Virus record (IMG/VR): IMGVR_UViG_3300043331_000441
Coordinates: 32,001 to 96,000 of that record
Origin: a virus
Strand: one strand, 5' to 3'
DNA length: 64,000 nt
Below are positions 53,923-63,030 of the stretch, in pieces (positions within the stretch are counted from its first letter, which is position 1; every line of letters starts with the position of its first letter). A model generated the notes under the pieces. The model did not search any database and was not told the DNA's origin. It saw only the letters and a program-made list of their open reading frames with translations. A program made the position numbers and the translations under genes.

Positions 53923-54321
53923 CTAGGCCGTCTCTAGCCTCGCGAATCGTCCTCCGCCTCCACGCGACACATGCGCACCATGGAACGCCGGGATTGAGGT
54001 CTGATAGTCAGCCTTCGCCTCTTCTAGCGCAGGTCTGAGCCAGACCTGCTCGTTGTCCTCCTTGGAGGCGAGATATGCGGAGAGTTTTCCGGTGTTACGG
54101 ATCCCGATAAACGCTTCGAGGCCGACCGACGTTTCGATCACGTCGTAATCGACTGCATCGAGAATTTCATCGATGTTGCCGGAGTAGTTGCGAAGGATTT
54201 CGCGCACGTTGTCCCGCGCGTTAGTAACGACATCTTCGGCAAAGGCTCTTACGGTCAGACCTACGGGGCCTTCTTCTGACGCCGTGAGAAAGATCATGTT
54301 GCTCTCGTTGAGCTTTGCCAT
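53923..54321 (-). CDS. neck/tail completion protein (HK97 gp10-like position)
   Basis: Position; WLRPALE motif. Confidence 0.55.
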   Translation of the reverse strand: MAKLNESNMIFLTASEEGPVGLTVRAFAEDVVTNARDNVREILRNYSGNIDEILDAVDYDVIETSVGLEAFIGIRNTGKLSAYLASKEDNEQVWLRPALEEAKADYQTSIPAFHGAHVSRGGGGRFARLETA

Positions 54322-55485
54322 TCAGACCCCGAGTTTCTTCGCGTAGCGATGGGCGTCCGGCGACCAGGTGCGAGGTCTCTGCTGCATGCCCGCCACTGCG
54401 AATGCGTTGAGGAAGACATCAACCGCAGGGATGCCTGTCGCCCAACCACTGACGTCGCTCTTGCCGTAGAACCAGGCAATCGTCGCGGACTTGTCGATCG
54501 TCACGCCCTGTCGTGTGACTCTGACCGCGTTTGCGGGAATCTCACAGTCGCCTGCTCCACCCAAACACGCCTGATAGAGCTGGCAGGCAAGCGCGTTTGC
54601 TGCCTGCACACCAACGGCAGGCGGGTTCTGCCCGTACGTGTATGTCACCGAGAAGGTGCCGTCTTCTGTATCGGGCAGATCAAGAGCCTGACATGACGGC
54701 CATGACAACACAGTCGTGGGGTCGGCTGGGTCACGTACCCGTACGAGCCAACGATGGTTGTCGAGCCGATAGGTGTCGGGATCAACGACGTCGCCGTCGA
54801 TCTTGACCTGAGTGACTTCGCGAACGGGATAACCGGACAAGAGGACACGCGAAAGTGGGGCGCATCCACACGGGTCGTCGTCGCAGCCCCACGAGTTTCC
54901 AAGCCAATGCCATGGTGCAATGACATGTCCTCGCGAAAGCACCTGGATTCCGCAGCCGCAATTCGTTCGACAGGGGCGGACTGTCTTCGAGCAGAGCCCT
55001 GCAAAGAGACGCCCGGAGAGCGCGAACAGCACTTCCGAAGCAGCAACCACATGATCGTCGAGCGCGCTGAAGTCGGTGCCGACATCGACGCCGCAGCACG
55101 CCAACGCATCACTGCTTGTCGTCCACGCCGTGCACGGCCCGACCGCGAGGCCACCGTCATCGGGCGGAGGAATAGGCGGCAGCACCCCTGCCGAATCAGG
55201 GACAACGACAAGGTCTTCCGTGGAAACGGTCTTCGGGTCGAAAGAACCGTCGTATGACCAAAGGATCGAATACTGGCCGTCTGTCCCCGGCGCTGCTGGT
55301 GCATTCCAGGTGTAGACACCCGTCGGCGAGCCGCCGACAATGTTCTCTGTGATGTTGAGAGTCGTCGGGCCGACGACCGTGACGCCATCGTTGTCGACGA
55401 TCGAAACTTCAACTGTGCCAACGAGTCCGGTGATGCCGCTTTCGTAGACAGCCTCGAACGCCTGCGCCGCTCCGACGTAGATCAT
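54322..55485 (-). CDS. head-to-tail adaptor with extra N-terminal beta domain
   Basis: GPCTAW...ASEVLFALSGRLF.G.C..TVRPC...RVTRQGV pattern of actinophage adaptors. Confidence 0.7.
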   Translation of the reverse strand: MIYVGAAQAFEAVYESGITGLVGTVEVSIVDNDGVTVVGPTTLNITENIVGGSPTGVYTWNAPAAPGTDGQYSILWSYDGSFDPKTVSTEDLVVVPDSAGVLPPIPPPDDGGLAVGPCTAWTTSSDALACCGVDVGTDFSALDDHVVAASEVLFALSGRLFAGLCSKTVRPCRTNCGCGIQVLSRGHVIAPWHWLGNSWGCDDDPCGCAPLSRVLLSGYPVREVTQVKIDGDVVDPDTYRLDNHRWLVRVRDPADPTTVLSWPSCQALDLPDTEDGTFSVTYTYGQNPPAVGVQAANALACQLYQACLGGAGDCEIPANAVRVTRQGVTIDKSATIAWFYGKSDVSGWATGIPAVDVFLNAFAVAGMQQRPRTWSPDAHRYAKKLGV

Positions 55486-55512
55486 GCACCCAGTGTAGGT
55501 CTGGATGCGGAC

Positions 55513-56076
55513 TTACTTCACACGCCGGAACGCGAGACCGCTGCGGAGAAAGTGGTTGTAGGGATCCGTGTTGATTGCGGCCAGACGGCGACTCTGTTCC
55601 GTGAGCTTCTCGTCGAGGAAGTAACCGACTGCCGCAAGCGCACCACACCAGTACGGTTTCGGCTGGCAATTCACGTGATGATGCCCGCCCTGTCCTGGTT
55701 CCGCGTGCGTCATGACGACCAGCGTGCAGTGCTGGAAGCTGTCGAGAATGTTGGGCACGAACCGCTCTTCGACGTGCTCGACGAACTCGCACGACCAGCA
55801 GAGATCGAAGCTTCGCTCAAGCACGGGGGCGCCCCCGGTGTAGTCCCACTGCATGATCTCGGGCGCGTCCTGGGGGACGCCGTCGATGCCGAGCACGTCG
55901 CAGCCGAGCTTCTGGAAATGCGCGACTGCCTGCCCGTCGCCACAGCCAACGTCGAGTACCGAACGAATCCCAAGTGTACGCACGAGCCAGTCCCACAGAT
56001 CGGGGAACTGCGTCGCAGGATCACCACCGATGACGAAACCGCCGAGATGCTCAGCGATGTCCGTACCAGCCGCCAT
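55513..56076 (-). CDS. class I SAM-dependent methyltransferase
   Basis: SVLDVGCGDG, FDLCWSCEFVEH, GGHHHVNCQ. Confidence 0.88.
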   Translation of the reverse strand: MAAGTDIAEHLGGFVIGGDPATQFPDLWDWLVRTLGIRSVLDVGCGDGQAVAHFQKLGCDVLGIDGVPQDAPEIMQWDYTGGAPVLERSFDLCWSCEFVEHVEERFVPNILDSFQHCTLVVMTHAEPGQGGHHHVNCQPKPYWCGALAAVGYFLDEKLTEQSRRLAAINTDPYNHFLRSGLAFRRVK

Positions 56077-57154
56077 CCCACAATCCTGCCAGCTGACGGA
56101 ACCACGCCTCGTAGCGCGGCTTGACTGCCTCCAGCGACCACAACGCAGCAGCGCGGTCACGCAGACGCTTAGGACTGCTCTCAAGCGCCTGTGCGAGGCA
56201 CTCCCGCACATCGACGAGGGTGTTGAAGCGGTACTGCGGCTCCACCGTTTCGGTGAACGCTCCCCAGTTGGTCGTGATCGCTGGCGTGCCACACAGCTGT
56301 GCCTCGACCGCGACGCCACCGAATGGCTCGATGTAGAGCGTGGGCGCAAGCAACGCGCGTGCCTTGCCCATCAGTTCAGCGCGCTCCTTGGAGCCAACGG
56401 TGCCGAGATAGTGGACATCGCCCTCCATCCGCGTCCCGTCCTCCGCAATGATCAACCCTTCGCTTACCTGTCCCGCGCCTGGCCCGACCACCAGCAGCTT
56501 CATTCCCGCATTGCGTGCGATCTCGGACGCGACCTCGATACCCTTACGTCGGATCAACCTGCCGACAAAAAGCAGGTAGTCATCCTTCTTCTTCGTGAGC
56601 GGAAACTCGTTAAGGTCGAAGTAGTTGGGGATCACCGTGTCGTAGAAGCGACCATCGTGGATGCCCTTGCCGCCGTAGCAGTGGTGCCGCCAGGTGTGCG
56701 ACTCGAAACAGACATAGTTCGTGAACCAGCCGGAGTAGCCGACTCCGTACTCACACACGATCCGGTCGGAGAACGCACTGGCGATCGGATGCGATGCCCA
56801 GCCACCAGCGAGCAGAATCAGGTCTTCTTTTTCGACCCGTGAGGAAAGCTCCGCAACGGCACGGCCATTCATCGTGCGCCACGGTTCTTGCTCGTAATCC
56901 CAGCTCCCACCGAGCGTCGCCACATTGCTGGGGTTGAGGCCGGGGTACCAGCGCTGCCGCTCTTCCTCTGTATGGAGGGAGACGTGTTCTGTGACGGGCG
57001 CGTCGTTACGGTCGCCCCAGTAGAGCGTGACGTCCCAGTCGTCCATCATTCGACAGAACTTGAGCCCCTTCGCGGTATAGGCGCAAACTGTGATGTCGTC
57101 GGTAGTTGTGGTATGCGGCAGCCCGACCAGGTGTAGCCGTGGGTTCTTGCTCAC
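56051..57154 (-). CDS. GT-B glycosyltransferase (GT4-like)
   Basis: LLFVGRLIRRKG...EPFGGVAVEAQLCGTP. Confidence 0.9.
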   Translation of the reverse strand: MSKNPRLHLVGLPHTTTTDDITVCAYTAKGLKFCRMMDDWDVTLYWGDRNDAPVTEHVSLHTEEERQRWYPGLNPSNVATLGGSWDYEQEPWRTMNGRAVAELSSRVEKEDLILLAGGWASHPIASAFSDRIVCEYGVGYSGWFTNYVCFESHTWRHHCYGGKGIHDGRFYDTVIPNYFDLNEFPLTKKKDDYLLFVGRLIRRKGIEVASEIARNAGMKLLVVGPGAGQVSEGLIIAEDGTRMEGDVHYLGTVGSKERAELMGKARALLAPTLYIEPFGGVAVEAQLCGTPAITTNWGAFTETVEPQYRFNTLVDVRECLAQALESSPKRLRDRAAALWSLEAVKPRYEAWFRQLAGLWDGGWYGHR

Positions 57155-58101
57155 AGAACGCGGCCGTCAACCGAGATATCGAGCACAGCGTCCGTGCCAG
57201 CGAACGCCTGTACGGTTTCTCCATTCTCCAGCACAAAGAGTTGCCGCAGTTTACGTTCTGTGTCTGCTGGAATCGAATAGCCGTCGTATATACGCGTACC
57301 GGCCGCATCATCACCAATCGAGAGAGTGAAGTCCACCGGTGAGCCAGACGGATTAGAGAGATGAATCATCTCGATTAGACTACGTCCTGTCGAGGTAAGA
57401 AGTGTTGTTGGTGAGGTACCCAACCGCAAGGGCCCAGCAAATCGCCTCGGGCCCGCTAATGCCAGTGGTGGCCCTGGCCAATCTGTCGCTTTCGTGACAA
57501 CCGCATCCATCCAGGTGCTTTCCGTTAGTGCCTGGATGCCAATGTCGAAAGACTCTGCGTCCGCAGCGATGGATTTGCTGCCACCAGAGCAGACTGTCTC
57601 GGTCAGCGTCTCGGACATTGCGTCGGTGTAGTAGCGAACCTCAAGCGTGTCAGTTGAGTGGTTCGCGTAATATTCCACTCGCCACCATGCATCCAAGGGG
57701 ATTGTTGCGGTGCTCGTAGCAATCAGTCCCGCTGCCTGGTTGTACACCTCAATCTTGCCGGTCGATGTGATTCCCCATTGCCATGAGGTGCCGGTGCCTC
57801 CGGTTCGTTGATAGACGTTGGCCGCTAGATATGCGATGGCAGGGAAGGCCTCGCGATATACGCAAACTCGACCGTAGTACTCAGTCTGGGTCCCAAAGGA
57901 AGATTCCCATCTGAGATGTGCCGTCCCCCCACCACCGGTAGTCAGAAAGTGAGCTGAATTAACACCGATCGCCGGGGACTCGTCGTAGCTGATCGAATCA
58001 TTCTTGTTGACTACGTCCCAAGGACTCGCGTCGCCAGGATCCGATGTTGTGATCTCCTGTCCATTGGTACCTAGGTCAAAGTTGGCAGTTAGCTCAGCCA
58101 T
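57151..58101 (-). CDS. virion protein: lectin-like N-domain plus shared C-terminal beta domain
   Basis: N-domain homologous to part of 58105..60903; C-domain homologous to the end of 61276..62151. Confidence 0.75.
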   Translation of the reverse strand: MAELTANFDLGTNGQEITTSDPGDASPWDVVNKNDSISYDESPAIGVNSAHFLTTGGGGTAHLRWESSFGTQTEYYGRVCVYREAFPAIAYLAANVYQRTGGTGTSWQWGITSTGKIEVYNQAAGLIATSTATIPLDAWWRVEYYANHSTDTLEVRYYTDAMSETLTETVCSGGSKSIAADAESFDIGIQALTESTWMDAVVTKATDWPGPPLALAGPRRFAGPLRLGTSPTTLLTSTGRSLIEMIHLSNPSGSPVDFTLSIGDDAAGTRIYDGYSIPADTERKLRQLFVLENGETVQAFAGTDAVLDISVDGRVL

Positions 58102-58104
58102 ATC

Positions 58105-60903
58105 TCATATCCCCGCTGCGTAGCGATTGCTATCAACTACCGCAACCTCTTGAATTTTCCAACCTTGGTCGGGGTGCCCTCCGCCCCAATGCCATGGATC
58201 AGTCGGGCACGGGACAGGCTCGCCTCCATACGAGGCCTCGGTCACATTGATACGTACTCCCTGACATGAGATGGGTGAATCAAGCTCAACGTCATGAATC
58301 CATTGTTCATCCCAGTATGTTTCAACGACACACCATGAGTTGAAACCATCGCTTCCAAAATAGAACCATGGAGGTGTCGGCTTATTGATTTGTTTTCGAG
58401 TTATCCATTGTGAACCGTCGAACGTTTGAACATCAGCTTTAATAATAGTGCCAGCTGATTGCCAACTTGGTCCGCACCAAATAATCACACGCTCAATCGT
58501 TCTATTCCCACTCCAGACTAGTGTGAGATCAGATGGCACGTCCTCAGCGACATTCAACCCATCGGGGGCAATCCCCCAATTTGGGCCGTAGCCTGTCATA
58601 TACGCATCGTCTGCAAGCAATGCGTATGTGACTCCACCCAACTGTTTGGTTGTTGACGCAGGAGATATAGAAGCTCCGTTACCGAGTGGGCTATGCCCGT
58701 TGACGCGATAGACACTCGCACTAGCACCACTTGGTAGACGAACATACGTAGGAATGTCAGTCATTGACAACGTGATGCGACCCTTGCTTTGTGGCAACGT
58801 TCTCTCGTTGCCAAAGCCATCGACCACAACAATTCCATCAGACGTTCCATTGATGGTCAGTGTTATCGAGCCACCAGTCATGAATGAGGTCGCCATCAAC
58901 GCAAGCGTGCTGGCACCGTCAGCGTTCGTATAGACGTTCCCCATATACATGGCATTGCCAAACGTTCCAAAGTCAACTGCAGATGCAAATGGTTTGCCCC
59001 AGGTTTCCTCAGCGAGTACTCGTCCGAGTACGGCATGCGGATCAAGCGAGCCATCTGACCATTCAATGATCGCTGGGACGTCCCAGAAACCGTGCTGGAC
59101 GTCATACCACCAAGGGTTACGTTCGAATGGCAGTCCCATTTGCTCAAAAACAAGCGTTTCCAGGATTGCCTTCCTCGCACGCCGCGGGTGGTAGATGCCA
59201 TATGTGTTGCAATTAGCTCCAACTGATTCCGTCTGCCAAAGAGGCTTGCTGCTTTGCCCGTGCGCCGCAAGATCGTCCTTGAGCGCCTGGATGGTGAAGC
59301 GCCCAAGATTGAGGTCGCCAGTGACGAATGCGTTGTAAGCATGAAAGCTGATCGCATCGCAGTAGTCACCACCATCTGCGTCAAGAAATGGTGTCATTGG
59401 AAAGGTCGGCCCGATGGCAACCGGACAAGGGCCGATGGCTTTTGCATTTGCATTTCCCGCATGTACAGCATCAGCAAACTCTTGCATCTTGGTCGCTGTG
59501 AATGAGTCAGGAGCTGGCTCATTGAGAGGGCCCTCGTAATATTTGCAATCAGGATAAAGCGCCTGTACGACTGTCGTAACGCCAGCAATTTGTTCTGGTG
59601 TATATGCGCCACCATTAGGGAACGCAACCCATGGTTCGCGGGCGGGACGTTCTGGGTCTGGGATCCCATTATCAGCCCAGTAGGCTATCGTCAGGGCCAA
59701 CGATTGCTGGGCGTTGGCAATATCAGCCGTAGGATCTTCGGCATCTTCAATGCTAATTCGCGATGTGCCTAACCCCATGACTCCTTTCATCACAAAGTCA
59801 TTCCCGGCTATTGGGCCCCCGGAGACATCGCCACCAGGCATCGCTACGAAGTGAGGGTCGTCGCGGATCACGCAGAAGTTTGTGACACCGTAGCTGTAGT
59901 CATAATCCGCGTGGTATTCAGGGCCGGTGAGGTAGACCCGATACCAACCTGGCTTCCAGCCCCCCGTCGGAGCCGCTGGCACAAGGGTCGCCTCAGTGTC
60001 AAGCGTCGTCCCCTGCGAGACGATCTTGCCGAAGTAGTTACGCACGGTGTACACCAGCTCGGTAGCCAGATTTGGATCATGGTCATTTGCGCTGTACGGC
60101 CCCGGATAGCTGGTTGCGAACGCAACAACATCGTCCATGTAGATGTGCTCGCCAAGAAAGGTGCCACCAAAGCCAATGTCGTCAACCTCGTCGCGCATAG
60201 GAGCACCAGAACCGGAAACGACCTCAGTAGGAGTCGTGCTCTCGGCGTTGTTGAAGAGCTTCATTTCGAGCGTCTGCGGACCGTGGTTTGCGTGATATTC
60301 GATCCTGATCCACTGATTCGTTGCGATGGGTGTAGTGAACGTCAGCACCAGGGAGAAGGCCGCGCTGTACAGCTCGATGATTCCAGTCGGTAGTACTCTT
60401 GCCGACCAAGCGGCCTGACCCGCGGAGTCTGTCTGCAAGAATCCCCACGCCGAAGCTGGCCACGCAGGGTAGTACAAGTACAAGCGCCCGTAGTATTCGT
60501 TCGCGGTGCCGAAGTTGTTCTTCCACCAGATCGATGGTCCACCACCCGCGCCTGCGTTTTGGATCTTTGCCGCCAGCGATCCATGCGCCACTTGTTCGCT
60601 GCTGTAGGTAACACTGTTGCCTGCTAATGCTTCGATCAGCGTCCATGGTGTTAGTGATCCTTCGTCTGGGTCAGACGTAATCGGTTGTCCGTTGACCCCT
60701 TGCTCAAAATCAGCAGTGCACTTTGAGAAAGCCCCGAAGGGGATCGCGACTTCGTCGCCAACGTAATGAACTCCGTTGCGCTTTCGACCAGCCTTATTCC
60801 AGAGACAACGCCGGTAGTAACCTGGACGAGGCTGGCTAAGGCTCGGGAGTGTCAAGGTTGTGCCTTGATCATTTGTATTGAGCCATCCGAAAACATCACG
60901 CAA
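58105..60903 (-). CDS. multidomain virion glycoside hydrolase (clan GH-A, GH39/GH5-like) with lectin and discoidin-like domains
   Basis: GPLNEP (acid/base), DAISFHAY, KPLWQTES (nucleophile). Confidence 0.7.
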   Translation of the reverse strand: MRDVFGWLNTNDQGTTLTLPSLSQPRPGYYRRCLWNKAGRKRNGVHYVGDEVAIPFGAFSKCTADFEQGVNGQPITSDPDEGSLTPWTLIEALAGNSVTYSSEQVAHGSLAAKIQNAGAGGGPSIWWKNNFGTANEYYGRLYLYYPAWPASAWGFLQTDSAGQAAWSARVLPTGIIELYSAAFSLVLTFTTPIATNQWIRIEYHANHGPQTLEMKLFNNAESTTPTEVVSGSGAPMRDEVDDIGFGGTFLGEHIYMDDVVAFATSYPGPYSANDHDPNLATELVYTVRNYFGKIVSQGTTLDTEATLVPAAPTGGWKPGWYRVYLTGPEYHADYDYSYGVTNFCVIRDDPHFVAMPGGDVSGGPIAGNDFVMKGVMGLGTSRISIEDAEDPTADIANAQQSLALTIAYWADNGIPDPERPAREPWVAFPNGGAYTPEQIAGVTTVVQALYPDCKYYEGPLNEPAPDSFTATKMQEFADAVHAGNANAKAIGPCPVAIGPTFPMTPFLDADGGDYCDAISFHAYNAFVTGDLNLGRFTIQALKDDLAAHGQSSKPLWQTESVGANCNTYGIYHPRRARKAILETLVFEQMGLPFERNPWWYDVQHGFWDVPAIIEWSDGSLDPHAVLGRVLAEETWGKPFASAVDFGTFGNAMYMGNVYTNADGASTLALMATSFMTGGSITLTINGTSDGIVVVDGFGNERTLPQSKGRITLSMTDIPTYVRLPSGASASVYRVNGHSPLGNGASISPASTTKQLGGVTYALLADDAYMTGYGPNWGIAPDGLNVAEDVPSDLTLVWSGNRTIERVIIWCGPSWQSAGTIIKADVQTFDGSQWITRKQINKPTPPWFYFGSDGFNSWCVVETYWDEQWIHDVELDSPISCQGVRINVTEASYGGEPVPCPTDPWHWGGGHPDQGWKIQEVAVVDSNRYAAGI

Positions 60904-61265
60904 AGCTCGGTCTTGCCGCCGTTATCACGGCAGAACAACCGTGCGGTATTGGCGGCAGGTGTGGATGGTGCCGTCATCTCAGTGATCTCGATATAGGTCG
61001 TGATCGGCTGGCGTAGTCGTAGGGCGCCCCCGGATTGCTCTAGTGTTGCGTCATCAGGCGTTAACATATCGCCGGAATCTACTTTGTTTGTGTCAAGCTG
61101 GTTAATTGCATCCTGCACGGTGACTGCGGTGACATCGCCTGCTGGAGTATTGACGATGTTGTTGGCATCGATTGTCCCGTCAGCATCAATCGAGACTCCG
61201 AGGAAGTCGTTGAGGATCGTTCCCCACGCATCTGCGTCGTCGCCGACGATCGGCAGCCGAGACAT
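60852..61265 (-). CDS. small virion protein
   Basis: RLPIVGDDADAWGTILNDFL N-terminus typical of fibre anchors. Confidence 0.65.
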   Translation of the reverse strand: MSRLPIVGDDADAWGTILNDFLGVSIDADGTIDANNIVNTPAGDVTAVTVQDAINQLDTNKVDSGDMLTPDDATLEQSGGALRLRQPITTYIEITEMTAPSTPAANTARLFCRDNGGKTELCVMFSDGSIQMIKAQP

Positions 61266-61275
61266 CAGTTCCTCC

Positions 61276-62151
61276 TCATGTCAATCGTTGTCCATCGACA
61301 GTGATGTCGAGCACGTTGTTTGTGCCAGCAAACGCCTGCATGATCTCACCATTCTCCAGCGGCAGTACGAAGCGGAACTTCTTCTCGGAATCGGCTGCAA
61401 TCGATAGTCCATCGAAGATACGCGTTCCGGCGGCATCTGCGCCAATCGAAACAGTGAGATCAACGGGGCTGCCTGAGGGATTCTGTACATGGACCTCTTC
61501 GATCAGACTACGGCCGGATGACGTAAACAACGTGGCCGCTGATGTTCCGAGCTTGACTGGTCCCGCGAATCGTGTCGGCCCGGTAAGAGAAGAAGTTGTA
61601 TACGTGACCTCAAGACGAGGTTCTTGCGGTGCATCTTCCAGAGATGCGATATTGATGGCATTAATCGTTGTCGGTTGAGTAGTATTTGCAGGAGCAATTC
61701 TGATTCCCGTGTAACCAGTTTTGTTGATTCCAGTCAAGCCAGTTAGCGCAACAGTGTTGACGATGCCTTCCGTGAGATTATTGGGCTCGATCAGTGATAT
61801 TGCGTCACCAGATGATGTCTGCTCCCAATCGCCTGCTACTGATGGCTCTCCCCCAAAATCATAGAAATCAGCTGCATACGTAACACTGTTACCATTATCA
61901 ATGTTGACCGCATAGATAAGAAGATTTGCTGACGTGATAGTCGCGATATCTGGTAGCGATGAGGTGTCGAAGCGCATAAACGCGTTATCTACGAAGAAGT
62001 CGCCACCAAACTGCGTCTTGGATGCGACGAGAGTCGTTGTTTCTTCCGCAACAAATAGTCCCGTTCCAATATCGGCCCAGTTAGCAACGCCACCGCGGTA
62101 GCCCGTGCCGTCGTCGGTGTCGACCGCTATCGGAAAGGTGTCAGTCGGCAT
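61276..62151 (-). CDS. virion protein with shared C-terminal beta domain
   Basis: RFAGPVKLGTS...NPSGSPVD.T+SIG.DAAGTRI.DG...LENGE.+QAFAGT shared with 57151. Confidence 0.75.
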   Translation of the reverse strand: MPTDTFPIAVDTDDGTGYRGGVANWADIGTGLFVAEETTTLVASKTQFGGDFFVDNAFMRFDTSSLPDIATITSANLLIYAVNIDNGNSVTYAADFYDFGGEPSVAGDWEQTSSGDAISLIEPNNLTEGIVNTVALTGLTGINKTGYTGIRIAPANTTQPTTINAINIASLEDAPQEPRLEVTYTTSSLTGPTRFAGPVKLGTSAATLFTSSGRSLIEEVHVQNPSGSPVDLTVSIGADAAGTRIFDGLSIAADSEKKFRFVLPLENGEIMQAFAGTNNVLDITVDGQRLT

Positions 62152-62924
62152 CAGAGGACCCCGGGATCTTGGTATGAGACGAACCCGTGGCGTGGCTGAT
62201 AGGCGGCAGCGGCGGTGGTTCCGATCAGCGCGAACCCGACGACGCCCCACGCGTCGCTGTCGGTGATCGAGCCGGTGCCACCGTTGATCGTTCCCGCTGA
62301 CGCCATTGGCGCATCGATCAGATAGATGGCAGCGTCGTTGCCTGTTGCGGACGCAAACGACGCTTCCGTGGTCCAAGTGCCACCCGTCTCTCCGCTGAAC
62401 CCGGCGAACGGGTTGTCGTCGTTGATACCGAGCAGGTTGATCGCAAGTCGGTCGGTGTCGAGTGTTGTCACGCCGGTGTCGGCCGCCGTGTTTGACGTGC
62501 CAACCCCGTTCGCAGTGCTGCCCGCGCTGCCGTTCTCGATCACGGTCGCCAACGTCGTTCCGGTCGAAACGTTCTGGAACTCGTAGAACCGGAAATACAC
62601 GTCGTTGCCGCCGACGTTTGCGCCCGTCACCTCAGGAGCGCTCGTCGAGGTGGAGCGGCCGAAAAACACGTACTGGTTGGCGGCGGTTGGGCTGCCGATT
62701 GCGTACGGGTTGTTCGGAGCGGCCGTCCACGATCCCGAAACACCGGCCAAACTGAGGATGTTGGTGGTTGACGAGATCGTCGGCGGGCTTGAGCTTGTTC
62801 CGTCTTGCAGGTACTGGAAGATGATGACCCGGTTGGCGGCACCGGGCGAATGGCAGGTGGCGATCCATTCGCCCGATATGTCTTGGCCTCCGGTTGACGC
62901 TGCGACAAACGACGGGGCGGCCAA
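62151..62924 (-). CDS. virion structural beta-rich protein
   Basis: AAGGAG RBS, TTG start, TGATG coupling. Confidence 0.7.
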   Translation of the reverse strand: MAAPSFVAASTGGQDISGEWIATCHSPGAANRVIIFQYLQDGTSSSPPTISSTTNILSLAGVSGSWTAAPNNPYAIGSPTAANQYVFFGRSTSTSAPEVTGANVGGNDVYFRFYEFQNVSTGTTLATVIENGSAGSTANGVGTSNTAADTGVTTLDTDRLAINLLGINDDNPFAGFSGETGGTWTTEASFASATGNDAAIYLIDAPMASAGTINGGTGSITDSDAWGVVGFALIGTTAAAAYQPRHGFVSYQDPGVL

Positions 62925-62925
62925 G

Positions 62926-63030
62926 CTAGCCGGTCTCCTTGCCCACCACCGCCTCCATCCCAGTTGCTTCGTTCGCCTGAGTGCCGACGAACCGGCTGGC
63001 CGGGAACGTGATCCCAGATGGAGGCGGCAT
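62926..63030 (-). CDS. 34-aa peptide
   Basis: TGATG coupling with the upstream gene; region also forms an 11-bp inverted repeat (62949-62959/63017-63027). Confidence 0.4.
   Translation of the reverse strand: MPPPSGITFPASRFVGTQANEATGMEAVVGKETG

Noticed and set aside
57151-62151. Diversity-generating retroelement TR/VR pair
   Set aside because: The shared C-terminal domains differ at all base types, not just adenines, and no reverse transcriptase is in the window.
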